Of a stretch of 63,271 nucleotides of DNA, positions 18,047 to 27,863 are shown one piece after another. The stretch covers positions 1 through 63,271 of IMG/VR virus record IMGVR_UViG_3300023174_000169; one strand, written 5' to 3'. The stretch comes from a virus. Taxonomy: Duplodnaviria > Caudoviricetes. Positions within the stretch are counted from its first letter, which is position 1; each line of letters opens with the position of its first letter. A program made the translations under genes and the position numbers. The notes below the pieces were generated by a model. It was given only the letters and a program-made list of their open reading frames with translations, was not told the origin of the DNA and searched no databases.

Positions 18047-18054
18047 TATTTATA
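18047..18054 (-). promoter_or_regulatory. T4-type late promoter TATAAATA
   Basis: TATTTATA on + equals TATAAATA on -, intergenic, 26 nt upstream of ATG 18020. Confidence 0.72.
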
Positions 18055-18078
18055 GAAGCTAAAGAACGTGAAGGGAAT

Positions 18079-18990
18079 TTATGAGCCAGTGATACTGCTG
18101 ATTGTTCCGTAAGTTGGTCTGGGCACTGCAAAGGATGCGGCAACTAATGCTGGATAAAGTGCTCCAACTGCTCTAATATGGTTTAGTGTCCAAACCATTG
18201 AACCCTGAACCAAATCTCCGGGTGGCGGATCGCCTGGGTCGGCGTAAGAATCTTGCCATGTTGATGTAAAGGTCACTTGATTGGCTGTGCCGCTGGAATT
18301 ATCGGCAACATTGCATCTAGCAAATAATCTCCAAGAATTTGAAGAATAAGGAGAACTATTTTGTACAGAATAAAATTGCTGATCGGACGTTGTAAGATTA
18401 TAAAAGTTTCGTGACGGAGTCTGTCCTCCAAACACTGGCGGGCTTGCACTAGCACTGGTCAATGTTGATTGCCATGTGGTATTTTGTGAGTTTATAAGCG
18501 TTGGTGTGAACGAGCTAGTAAAGCGAATTTTTCCGCCTGAATTAAAAAAGTATCTAGCATCGTTGGCGGTAGCAAATGTTATTGTAACTGAACAAGAAAC
18601 ACTGTTACTAAATGAAACTGTTTGTCCAGAATTGGTAACACCGGCTTCAGTGGCAAACTGTCCTGCTCCTAGATCAAACCTATTTGTGTTGGCTAAGTTT
18701 GCTAGGGTGTTATATTGAAAGTTTGGCTGATCCGATGCGTATCGAATTGTGTCGCCTTCGGCAATTGTTGTAATAGTGGGTAGCGCACCAGTTTGATGAA
18801 CTATGGCATTTACAATATCAAAACGTAAATTATCCCATTGCGTTTTAGTAACAAAGTCATAATCAGCAATAGGGCCGCTTGATAAACTTTGTCCATAACC
18901 TTGGGTGGCGGAGCCAGTACTCATCACCGAAACTATTGTGTTACGGATATTGTTGTAATCTGGTGTCCGAATAAAATCATCAACTGCCAT
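18079..18990 (-). CDS. putative virion structural protein (tail/baseplate-associated), paralogue A
   Basis: Ser/Thr/Gly-rich. Shares 'YNNIRN.I..VM..GS...GYGQ', 'QWDNLRFDI', 'ARYFFNSGGKIRF' and 'DPG.PPPGD' with the neighbouring gene. Confidence 0.7.
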   Translation of the reverse strand: MAVDDFIRTPDYNNIRNTIVSVMSTGSATQGYGQSLSSGPIADYDFVTKTQWDNLRFDIVNAIVHQTGALPTITTIAEGDTIRYASDQPNFQYNTLANLANTNRFDLGAGQFATEAGVTNSGQTVSFSNSVSCSVTITFATANDARYFFNSGGKIRFTSSFTPTLINSQNTTWQSTLTSASASPPVFGGQTPSRNFYNLTTSDQQFYSVQNSSPYSSNSWRLFARCNVADNSSGTANQVTFTSTWQDSYADPGDPPPGDLVQGSMVWTLNHIRAVGALYPALVAASFAVPRPTYGTISSITGS

Positions 18991-19009
18991 CGTTTTCCTC
19001 TAACTGGGA

Positions 19010-19017
19010 TATTTAAG
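19010..19017 (-). promoter_or_regulatory. late promoter variant CTTAAATA
   Basis: TAAATA core in the intergenic gap upstream of SD GAGGA and ATG 18990. Confidence 0.45.
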
Positions 19018-19020
19018 CTC

Positions 19021-19905
19021 TTAGGAGCCTGTAATACTTGATATTGAATACGAAGGACTAGTGATTGAAAAAGTTCCTGTTGGAAGTAAAGGACCTACTG
19101 CTTTAACTTCGTCAACAGTAAGTGTCAGTAGTCCATCTACTTCATCGCCCGGAGGCGGTGATCCTGGATCAGTGTAAGCATCGCTGTATGTTATTTGAAA
19201 AGTAACAACAGTTGCGGTGCCTCCTGAATTGTCAGCAACATTTGATTTAGCTTCAATTGTATACCTATTATTACTATAAGGTGACGAGCTAGTGGATGTA
19301 TAAAATGTTTGATAAGAATTAGTAAGGCCGTAAAAACCTAATAATGAGGTTACTGATCCAAAATCTTGTGCGCCACTTGCACTCAATAAACTGGACCATG
19401 CTGTATTTTGCTGCGATGCTGCACCAGCACCTCTGGAGCTAGAGAATCTAATTTTTCCTCCAGAATTAAAGAAATATCTTGCTTGATCACTTGTTGAAAA
19501 AGTAACTATTACTGTTGCAGTTAAAGAGTTTGCCCATGCAGAATTTCTAGTTGTTGACCCTGCCGAAACCGTTGCTGACTGGCCAGCACCTAATAACATG
19601 CGGTCAACTCTAGCTTGTTCAGCAATAGTTAGATATTGATAGTTTGGCTGACTAGCACCTTTACTAATTACGTTGGTAGTTTGAATCACAATAATGTCTG
19701 GATTCAATCCTGTTTGATGCAATCTTGCGTTGTAGATATCGAAACGAAGATTATCCCATTGCTGTTTAGTTACTTTTTGAGTTGCAACTACACCAGTGCT
19801 AGCCAATGTCTGGCCATATCCGTAGTCTCCCGATCCTACGTTCATTACTTCAGTAATTTTGTTTCTTATTGTGTTATAATCTACATTTGATATAATATCA
19901 GCCAT
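19021..19905 (-). CDS. putative virion structural protein, paralogue B
   Basis: Tandem paralogue of 18079-18990. ATG 19905 with AAGGA upstream is preferred over the TTG 19911 of the ORF track. Confidence 0.7.
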   Translation of the reverse strand: MADIISNVDYNTIRNKITEVMNVGSGDYGYGQTLASTGVVATQKVTKQQWDNLRFDIYNARLHQTGLNPDIIVIQTTNVISKGASQPNYQYLTIAEQARVDRMLLGAGQSATVSAGSTTRNSAWANSLTATVIVTFSTSDQARYFFNSGGKIRFSSSRGAGAASQQNTAWSSLLSASGAQDFGSVTSLLGFYGLTNSYQTFYTSTSSSPYSNNRYTIEAKSNVADNSGGTATVVTFQITYSDAYTDPGSPPPGDEVDGLLTLTVDEVKAVGPLLPTGTFSITSPSYSISSITGS

Positions 19906-19914
19906 TGTCAATCC

Positions 19915-21735
19915 TTACAGTATTACAGCTTCAATTAGTTTTTCTTCTACGCTGTCATTAGACTCTAACGCAATAGCAAAAACATCGTTGGCATGAGGAA
20001 CCGCTGGGGATGCTGTTCCGTTATTTGAAGCAATCAATCTTTGTCCTTTTCTTACAGCACCTAATACTCGAACAGGCACTCGACCTTTTAATGCAATGTA
20101 TGTTCCGCCTTCTAGATCTTTATTCATCATAAATGCTGGATTTGTACTTACAACACCGATAGCTCTGTCACCGTAAGAAGAGGCTGTAACTTCTTTTTCA
20201 CCGCCTATTGCAACCACAGTACCGGGTGCATATTCTTTATCTGCTAGATATTTTTCTGCTAGGTCGGCATAACGAGCTGCTGTAGCAGTACCATCAAATA
20301 GTACAGCAACTAGGTTTCCAGAACCGTCTCTAGCTGCAATTGTATCGGCTGTGGCAGTAGTTTTAGCAGATTTGTAATTAGGATCAAGATCCACTGCCGC
20401 GTTGTCAATTTTTAATCTGTTTGTAGTTGATGCTGTACCTAAAAATGCCGTTGCTGCAAGATTTCCACTTGAATCTCTTACTGCAACTGTTTCTCCAGCT
20501 GTAATAATGCTAGGTGCATAAGTTCCTAGTCTTGTAGCAGATGTTGCTGATCCAGTAACTTCGCCTACTAGGTCACCATAGACTAATGAACGCTGACCTG
20601 TTGTACCTAATTGTCCATAGAAAATTTTTGTGGAAGCATCAAATGCTGTGGAAGCATCAGCTGCTTTTACATTACCGTTGTGTATTCCTGTTACATTACC
20701 TGTTACATTACCTGTTAAATTACCAATGAATGTAGTAGCAGTAACTGATAAGAAAGACTTAGATGCATTTCCTAGAACAGTAACTCCGGTAACACCTGGG
20801 AATATCCCTGCTGGTTTAATTTTCAACACGTTTTGTCTTTCAACGTCGTTGATTTTCATCCTAATTGTAATAGGTTGATTTACAGAGTTTTGATAGAATA
20901 CCGTTTGATCATCATCTCGTAACGGATCGCCAGTAACATCTTGATAAAATGGATCTTGTGTTTCATGAAAAACATATAGATCGTTATTATCGCCTAGTAT
21001 AAAACCAGAGTCTTTAAATTTAATTTGCGTATCAAAAGATGTACTGCCTTTTGTTAGGAACTGATCAGCAGCGATTCCGCCTAATTTTAATGCGTTACTT
21101 GCAGTTCCCCAAAAATAATGTTGAGATCCAGTTGATGTAACTCCAGATGTTGCATCAGTGTTGATTAGAGTGATACCTTTTTTAATTCTACTAAATCCAG
21201 TAATTGGATTTACAGAACCAAGGATGAATTCTTCTTTACTAACAATAGCAACAGTGTCGCCACCAGATACCATTTTAACAATAGTTTTAGGACTACCTGT
21301 TGAATCTTGAACTACCTGCCCGACTGCTGCCGATGTGCCAAATTCTGGCGCTGCTTGTGGGCCAACTAGAATGAATTCAGTACCGGACCATGCATATAAT
21401 TGATTGGCGTTTTCGTCGAACCAAAAATCACCTTTGGCTAACCCCGATGGAGCAGTCTTACTAACTTCTGCACCGCTGGCTACTTTAAATCTAGAACCAT
21501 CATAAAATTTTAACTTCTTAGATGCAGTATCAAACCAAATTTGTCCTGGAACTACTCTAGGTGGTGCTGTGGTATTTGCAAAACTTTCGAGCAAATGTAA
21601 GAAATTTTCATTCTGAATTTCGCCGTATCCGGCATAGTTTTTACCAACAAACCTAAGGTCTGTAGTGGTATCAATGGTACCGTCATCGACAGTTACCAAA
21701 AAAGCTCCATTAAATTTGTTGACTTGATACGCCAT
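19915..21735 (-). CDS. tail fibre protein with C-terminal autocleaving intramolecular chaperone (peptidase G2/IMC-like)
   Basis: Shared fibre N-terminus 'FVGKNYAGYGEIQNENFLHLLESFA...GQIWFD', GNVTG repeats, and C-terminal 'YADLAEKY...GVVSTNPAFMMN...IALKGRVPV'. Confidence 0.78.
   Translation of the reverse strand: MAYQVNKFNGAFLVTVDDGTIDTTTDLRFVGKNYAGYGEIQNENFLHLLESFANTTAPPRVVPGQIWFDTASKKLKFYDGSRFKVASGAEVSKTAPSGLAKGDFWFDENANQLYAWSGTEFILVGPQAAPEFGTSAAVGQVVQDSTGSPKTIVKMVSGGDTVAIVSKEEFILGSVNPITGFSRIKKGITLINTDATSGVTSTGSQHYFWGTASNALKLGGIAADQFLTKGSTSFDTQIKFKDSGFILGDNNDLYVFHETQDPFYQDVTGDPLRDDDQTVFYQNSVNQPITIRMKINDVERQNVLKIKPAGIFPGVTGVTVLGNASKSFLSVTATTFIGNLTGNVTGNVTGIHNGNVKAADASTAFDASTKIFYGQLGTTGQRSLVYGDLVGEVTGSATSATRLGTYAPSIITAGETVAVRDSSGNLAATAFLGTASTTNRLKIDNAAVDLDPNYKSAKTTATADTIAARDGSGNLVAVLFDGTATAARYADLAEKYLADKEYAPGTVVAIGGEKEVTASSYGDRAIGVVSTNPAFMMNKDLEGGTYIALKGRVPVRVLGAVRKGQRLIASNNGTASPAVPHANDVFAIALESNDSVEEKLIEAVIL
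20687..20722 (-). repeat. 3 x 12-nt coding tandem repeat (GN[L/V]T fibre repeat)
   Basis: CCTGTTACATTA CCTGTTACATTA CCTGTTAAATTA on +. Confidence 0.8.
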
Positions 21736-21759
21736 TTACATTGCTCCGTTATCTTCTAA

Positions 21760-21767
21760 TATTTATC
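21760..21767 (-). promoter_or_regulatory. late promoter variant GATAAATA
   Basis: Intergenic, upstream of SD GGAG and ATG 21735. Confidence 0.55.
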
Positions 21768-21777
21768 TACAGTGTTT

Positions 21778-23925
21778 TTAAAGTCTACCAACGGCAACTT
21801 CTATAACGCCTTCTATACCGTCAAAATCCTCTAGGGCTTTACCGATAATTGTTCCTAATTTAGGGTCTGTTGTAGGTCTTGCATAACCTGCACCACCGCT
21901 TGTTAGCATATCGCCCTTTTTAATTTTACCACGAACTCTACAAGGAACACGCCCTTGTAATGCTATTGAAACTACATACAGTCCAGTCAATTCACTGTTC
22001 ATTAAATAGGCTGGATTTGTAGAAACTACTCCAGCAACCCTGCGAGTTTCATCTTCGGCCAGCGTAACTTCAAATGTGCCGCCAAATTCTAAAACTGTAC
22101 CAGGTGGATAATCAGCATCTGCTTGATAGTTTTCAGCTAGATCAGCGTATTGGGCTGCGGTAGCTGTTCCCACAAAATGCCCTGTAGTGATAATATCGTT
22201 ATCGCCGGCATCTAATCGCTTGTTGATGTTCCACTTGTTGCCTGTAGCAGAGTAATAGAATAATGCATTTGCACCTTCTACTGTAATGCCACCACCGTCT
22301 GCGGCCACTTGATTTGCTGCACCTTTGGCCAATGTAATATTCACATCTCTAATATCAACTGTGTTAGAGTTTACTGTGGTAGTTGTACCAGTAACTGTTA
22401 GATCGCCGTTGATAATTGTATTGTCACCGATAGTGATTGTGCCTGATGTAGTTTTTGCACGAATAAAATCAGTGTCTACTTGATTAGAAATAAAAGTAGC
22501 AGCGTATACTCTACGGAAATAAGAAAAATCTCCCCCCAAATCTACTCTAAAAGACGGAGTTGGAACAATCGCCGACATAGGAGAATCAGTGACATAATTT
22601 ATGCTGTTAAAATCTTTTATAGGAACGAATCGTAAACCGAACTCACCGCTAACAACGTCGTCGTCACGTTGTTTTAATAATAGTGTATCTCCACTACTTT
22701 TTAACGTAGTACCGCCGGTTACAGAATACAACGCCCCTGTAGTAGTGTTAGAATTATTTTTAAATTCAATTGTAGGGTTTACGCTTTCTGCATCTATAGT
22801 TAAATGTGTTAGTTTTCCTAGAGATTGTAAATTAGATGCTATTACATTATTGTTTATTGCTGTGCCAGATAAATTTTCGGCGGCGACCGAGATTGTAATA
22901 TCCTGATCACCAGCAAATTGTATTCCGTTGATTCTGGGTGGTGTTTGTAATCTTGTAGCAGTTAGCGCATTACCTGATAGTTGTGCGCCAATAAATGTCC
23001 CTGCTGATATTTCAGAAGCTGAAATATAGCCTGCTTGGATATCACGGACTGTTAGTAAATTAGTAAGAAGAGCGTCATGTCCTGTAATATCATATGCTGC
23101 AATACTACCCGTACTATCACGTGCTACAATTTTTCCAGGACTTGCTGTTTCTGATGCATCAACTTCCCATGTACGTGCAATTGCACCATCAAAGTTGTTG
23201 CCTTTTAAATATGTTCCTCGAATCAATGGCTGAGTAGTAGCTGCTCTAATAGAAACATCTTGTGTGCCATCAAATACAATTCCGTTGATGGTTTTACCTT
23301 GTATCAAGGAACTAGCCGATGCTGCGTTACCAACTAAATTACCTTTGAAATTGAATCCTTCTGCAAGAGTAATCCCGTTGGTAAGATTTAAAAAACCAGG
23401 AATAGCAGGATTACCAACTGTAAAAGCCGCTTTAGTAATTGTGCCTACTACAATATCATCTACTTTTATTTCTAGTGCAGGACGAGCAAGACCACTATCA
23501 TCATTTATTGCAATGCCTGCTACTTTAGTTTCTCCAAAACCTTTAATGGCTTCGGGGCCAACTAAGACCCACTTGTTATGGTATACAAACAATTGATTAC
23601 TATCAGATTTGAACCATAAAGATCCCGGCGTTCCGACTGGTTGATCAACCCCAACATCTGCCGATGCCGCAGTTTTCCACTCAGTGCCATCATATAATTT
23701 CAATGACTGGGTATTGGTGTTATACCAGAGCTGGCCAGTTATAGGACGAGTAGGTGGGTTGCCGTTGGCAAAATTTTCCAATAGCCATACAAAATTTTCA
23801 TTTTGTGATTCGCCGTATCCTACATAATTTCTTCCTACCAATCCAAGGCTAGTCGATGTATCTAAGACAGCATCATCTAAGACTAGTAATTGTGACCCGT
23901 TGGATCGATTGATAACGTATGGCAT
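21778..23925 (-). CDS. tail fibre protein with C-terminal peptidase G2/IMC-like chaperone
   Basis: Shared N-terminal anchor, two 'INGI.F.G.QD..I' fibre repeats, and C-terminal 'YADLAENY...GVVSTNPAYLMN...IALQGRVPC'. Confidence 0.78.
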   Translation of the reverse strand: MPYVINRSNGSQLLVLDDAVLDTSTSLGLVGRNYVGYGESQNENFVWLLENFANGNPPTRPITGQLWYNTNTQSLKLYDGTEWKTAASADVGVDQPVGTPGSLWFKSDSNQLFVYHNKWVLVGPEAIKGFGETKVAGIAINDDSGLARPALEIKVDDIVVGTITKAAFTVGNPAIPGFLNLTNGITLAEGFNFKGNLVGNAASASSLIQGKTINGIVFDGTQDVSIRAATTQPLIRGTYLKGNNFDGAIARTWEVDASETASPGKIVARDSTGSIAAYDITGHDALLTNLLTVRDIQAGYISASEISAGTFIGAQLSGNALTATRLQTPPRINGIQFAGDQDITISVAAENLSGTAINNNVIASNLQSLGKLTHLTIDAESVNPTIEFKNNSNTTTGALYSVTGGTTLKSSGDTLLLKQRDDDVVSGEFGLRFVPIKDFNSINYVTDSPMSAIVPTPSFRVDLGGDFSYFRRVYAATFISNQVDTDFIRAKTTSGTITIGDNTIINGDLTVTGTTTTVNSNTVDIRDVNITLAKGAANQVAADGGGITVEGANALFYYSATGNKWNINKRLDAGDNDIITTGHFVGTATAAQYADLAENYQADADYPPGTVLEFGGTFEVTLAEDETRRVAGVVSTNPAYLMNSELTGLYVVSIALQGRVPCRVRGKIKKGDMLTSGGAGYARPTTDPKLGTIIGKALEDFDGIEGVIEVAVGRL

Positions 23926-23943
23926 TGATTCGCTCCTAATTCA

Positions 23944-25770
23944 TTATGATATGTATGTCCAGACGCCTGCTACGATCTGGAACGTTTTTACTACTCGTAG
24001 AACAGCAATTGTTTGTGCAGGAACTGTTGCCGTTGTAAATGCTACGTTAGATACTCCAAATCCTGTACCTCCTGGTACGATAGAACTTGGTGCATCCGGT
24101 GTGATAAATTCTGTGGTACTAGTTGACAGGTATGTGTTTATATTCAAATTACTTGTACCGTTACTCAAAGACGTGCATAATATTCGAGCAATTGTACCAT
24201 TTCTATATTCTGAGGTTGGTGCTAGTTGTGCAATATATGCCGCAATACTTGTATTTGAAATACCGTCGGAAATGTCCATGCTAAAAACTAAACTTCTTGT
24301 TTGAATAGTATTGTCAACATATTCTTTTGTTGCAGCATCTTGGGCCAACGCAGGATCAGCCATTCCTCTAATTTTAGGAGATCCGATCAATACAACGTTG
24401 CCGGTACCTTGTGGCTCAATCTCTAAGTCTTGGTTTGTTTGTAGTGTAGAAATTCTGTTATCTAAGAATTGCATGTACGGTGTAGGTGCATTTCCTGATC
24501 CAGGTGGCAGTTCTGGTCCTACTGTCAATAGTGTTTGAGTACCAAAACTAGTAACACCTGGAATACTAGTAATACCGGCCCCTAGAGCGGTTGCTGATAT
24601 AACGTCAACTCCGTTGATCTTAAATGCTTTACCCGAAACAAGATTTATGTGTTCTGAACTGTTCCATGCAGAACTTGATTGTGTCCAAGTTAAAGTGTGA
24701 TCTGTTGTTCCTTTTAGGGTAATACCGCCGCCACTTGCTAGTGCATCTGACGGAGTAGCTACTTTACCCAATTCAATATTTTTATCTTCAACTGTCAATG
24801 TTGCGGTGTTTACTGTAGTAGTATTACCTTCAATTGTGATATTCCCTCTTACTGTAAGATCGCCTCCAACAATTGTTTCACTTCCCGGATTACTATAATA
24901 CAGTTTTAATTTTTGATTGATGGTATCTACATCAATCACAGTGTCAACCGCTGCACCTCGTTTGACTTTAAACACAAAGTTTTTATTTTCAGCATCGTTT
25001 AGGATTTGTACGTTGCCGTCATCGATACGAATTTGGCCTTGCTGAGCATCACCGATCAATAATCCACGATTACTTGTAATGGTAAGCTGACCGTTGATAA
25101 TATTATCAGTGTCTCGTCTAAGATACGATGCCGCTGGTTGGTTACCTAGTTTTTCTGCGTTGGCCGCAGTTACATTAAATTTAATACCAGACAATGTACC
25201 AGCACTAAATCCAGGGTAGATAATTCCGTCAAATCCTGGGATAGCAATCTTTGGTGTAAATTGATCTTTACTAAAAATTCCAATTAGTACACCGTTATCA
25301 TATAAGAATGTGACCACACGATTTAAGTTTTGTGAGTCTAGGATGTTAGAAACTTTTAGACCGCTCAATCCCTGGCTTGCAGAATATGAAGGTCCTAATA
25401 ACAAAGTATTAGTACCATCATAGAAATACAGTTGACGATCTACATCGTTGAACCATAAATCTCCTTGGCCTAAAGTCAACGGCTGTGTGCTGGAAATAGT
25501 AGCCGAACTAACTGGTTGAAAACTTACACCGTTGTAGACTTTTAATTTTAATTCTGCTGAATCAAACCAAATTTGTCCTTTAACTGGATGAGATGGCGCA
25601 CTTGTATTTGAAAAATTTTCTAGTATTTTTACAAAGTTTTCGTTAAACGCTTCTCCATAGCCGCTGTAATTTTTACCAATCAATGTGATATCTGAAGATA
25701 GGGAGTCTATCTGACCATCTGCTACTGTTGCTAAAATACTTCCGTCGGTTTTATTGATTGTGTAAGACAT
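23944..25770 (-). CDS. tail fibre protein
   Basis: Shared N-terminal anchor. The 'GDLTV.G.....TTVN...GGGIT..G' module is shared with 21778-23925. Also has an 'ADPALAQDAATKEYVD' fibre knob motif. Confidence 0.78.
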   Translation of the reverse strand: MSYTINKTDGSILATVADGQIDSLSSDITLIGKNYSGYGEAFNENFVKILENFSNTSAPSHPVKGQIWFDSAELKLKVYNGVSFQPVSSATISSTQPLTLGQGDLWFNDVDRQLYFYDGTNTLLLGPSYSASQGLSGLKVSNILDSQNLNRVVTFLYDNGVLIGIFSKDQFTPKIAIPGFDGIIYPGFSAGTLSGIKFNVTAANAEKLGNQPAASYLRRDTDNIINGQLTITSNRGLLIGDAQQGQIRIDDGNVQILNDAENKNFVFKVKRGAAVDTVIDVDTINQKLKLYYSNPGSETIVGGDLTVRGNITIEGNTTTVNTATLTVEDKNIELGKVATPSDALASGGGITLKGTTDHTLTWTQSSSAWNSSEHINLVSGKAFKINGVDVISATALGAGITSIPGVTSFGTQTLLTVGPELPPGSGNAPTPYMQFLDNRISTLQTNQDLEIEPQGTGNVVLIGSPKIRGMADPALAQDAATKEYVDNTIQTRSLVFSMDISDGISNTSIAAYIAQLAPTSEYRNGTIARILCTSLSNGTSNLNINTYLSTSTTEFITPDAPSSIVPGGTGFGVSNVAFTTATVPAQTIAVLRVVKTFQIVAGVWTYIS

Positions 25771-25785
25771 GTGTTATTTCCAATT

Positions 25786-27861
25786 TTAGAATGCTGGTGG
25801 TCCAGATCTGATAATGTAATTGATTGTCAAATATGGATTTAAAACGCTAAATGGTGTTGCCAATGTTGCTGATGTTTTAACACCGCCTGAAGAGTTCAAG
25901 TATTGTGCTTGTCCAGGTGCAGTTGGTCCAAACCCCGGTCCGGGCGATACGCCAGGTACCACTGCACTGTCAACTTTTACTGCGGCAAACTGAACTGTTG
26001 TACCAGGTGGTCTCATGCTGTGTTCATGATCAGGTAAATTTCTAACTTCGAGAGTGTTATCAGGAGAACCTGCTGAACCGCCAAGTGTTCCTGCTTCAGT
26101 ACCTGGAATTCTACTTGCTGCTCCGCCGCCTGCGTCAACGAATCCGCCATTGCTGTTAGGAACTGTACTTCCGTTATCCATGTTATCTCGACCTAACGGG
26201 AATCTTCCTCTAAGGTCTGGAAGTTTAAATGTGTTTACACCTAGCGTTGGAACACCGTATGTATTACCTAAAATATCATAAAGATCGCTATACTTGCTTC
26301 TTTCAACTTCGGCTCCATCGCAATACAAATATCCATCTGGGACGTTTAGTCCTGCGAACGGCAAAATAGTTCCAATAGGAACTCCTAGGTCGGCAACGAA
26401 TACATCTCTGCTTTGGCGTAGTAATCCAGATCCGCTTCTGAATACTAAAATTTCATCTGAATATTTAGATTTATTTGGAAACGGTTCTGGTTTACTTTCA
26501 ATAATGTTGCTGGTCAGTGTCGTTTCAAACTCTTTTAAATTGCCGCCATATGATCCGTCAAAATCAATATTTTGAGATGTAATGTCGCCTTTAATTCTAA
26601 ATGTAGTTCTTGTTCTTAAATTAGTTGCGGATCTTGCATTACCAGCAACGTCGCCCTGCAATACTCCATTTAAAAAATCAGCCTGTATTGTTTTAGCATA
26701 AACAGTATCCCATCTTTTTAGGGCGGTACCTAAATCGTAATCATTAGTGGTCTTAGGTACAGTGTTGTGTAACGTAGTTGTACCTTCTACTGTTAGGTCT
26801 TGTCCAATTAAAAGATTCTTACCAATTGCGGCGCCACCGGCTGTTCTAATACTGCCATTATTAAAATTGGTGCTCGAGTCAGTATTTGTAACAATTAGAC
26901 TTCCATTTGTTCGAACGTTTCCGTCAACATCTAGTGCTTCTTGCGGACTTTGTGCATTGATACCTACTCGATTATCAATAATTCTAACAATGGTACTTGC
27001 TTCTCCATCTCTATTAGTCTGTAGATCTAAACTACTTCCAGGATTAGCATTATAAATTTTAGATGCAGTCACTGATGTAGATAGTTTAAATGTTCCATCA
27101 ACACCAAGTGTAAGGCCACTGTTATTTCTAACGTTGATACCGTACTCTGTAGTGTTTGTTGTGTCTGTTCTTAAAAATCTTGCAGACGGAATTTCAACTC
27201 CGCCTATATTTAAAGCGTCGGCATTTTGTGCAGTACCGTATAACTTAGGAAGATTTGATCCGTCACCGATTGATAAAGAAGTAATGTTGATACCAGATTT
27301 AATAGAAATGTAACCTGGAATACTAATCTTTGGAACAAAACTATCTTTACTGATAATCGAAACCGGAACATCCTCTACTAAGAATTTAATAACACTTCGT
27401 TGAACGTTATCCGAATCATCAATGGTTTCAATTACAGGTCCTGTACGTAATCCATTTGCAGAACTAAATTGTGGCCCTACTAGAACCCAAGTTTGTCCGC
27501 TCCAAATATACAATTGTTGTTTAACTGTATCTACCCAAATTTCGCCAACTTTATCTTCTGCCACTTCGGGTGCGACTGAACTTTTTTGAATACTACCAGC
27601 TGCTTTCCAACTGTTGTTATCAAAAATCATTAGTGTGCCTGTTGAAGTTTTATACCATAACTGTCCTTCAACAGGGTTGACTGGCTCCGTAGAGCTGGCA
27701 AAATTTTCTAGTAGGTGTAGAAAGTTTTCAGCGATAGTGGTTCCGTAGCCTGTTACATTTCTTCCTGGAAATGTTAAACTTGTATCATCATTATTTCTGC
27801 TGTCGCCTACTAGTATCGGTGACTTTGTGTTTTTATCAGTAAAATTTACGCTATATGGCAT
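25786..27861 (-). CDS. tail fibre protein with phage tail-collar domain (T4 gp12-like short fibre)
   Basis: Shared N-terminal anchor, collar signature 'VPIGTILPFAG..VPDGYLYCDG.EV.R..Y.DL...G...F.LPDLRGRFPLG' and terminal 'NPYLTINYII'. Confidence 0.82.
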   Translation of the reverse strand: MPYSVNFTDKNTKSPILVGDSRNNDDTSLTFPGRNVTGYGTTIAENFLHLLENFASSTEPVNPVEGQLWYKTSTGTLMIFDNNSWKAAGSIQKSSVAPEVAEDKVGEIWVDTVKQQLYIWSGQTWVLVGPQFSSANGLRTGPVIETIDDSDNVQRSVIKFLVEDVPVSIISKDSFVPKISIPGYISIKSGINITSLSIGDGSNLPKLYGTAQNADALNIGGVEIPSARFLRTDTTNTTEYGINVRNNSGLTLGVDGTFKLSTSVTASKIYNANPGSSLDLQTNRDGEASTIVRIIDNRVGINAQSPQEALDVDGNVRTNGSLIVTNTDSSTNFNNGSIRTAGGAAIGKNLLIGQDLTVEGTTTLHNTVPKTTNDYDLGTALKRWDTVYAKTIQADFLNGVLQGDVAGNARSATNLRTRTTFRIKGDITSQNIDFDGSYGGNLKEFETTLTSNIIESKPEPFPNKSKYSDEILVFRSGSGLLRQSRDVFVADLGVPIGTILPFAGLNVPDGYLYCDGAEVERSKYSDLYDILGNTYGVPTLGVNTFKLPDLRGRFPLGRDNMDNGSTVPNSNGGFVDAGGGAASRIPGTEAGTLGGSAGSPDNTLEVRNLPDHEHSMRPPGTTVQFAAVKVDSAVVPGVSPGPGFGPTAPGQAQYLNSSGGVKTSATLATPFSVLNPYLTINYIIRSGPPAF

Positions 27862-27863
27862 GA

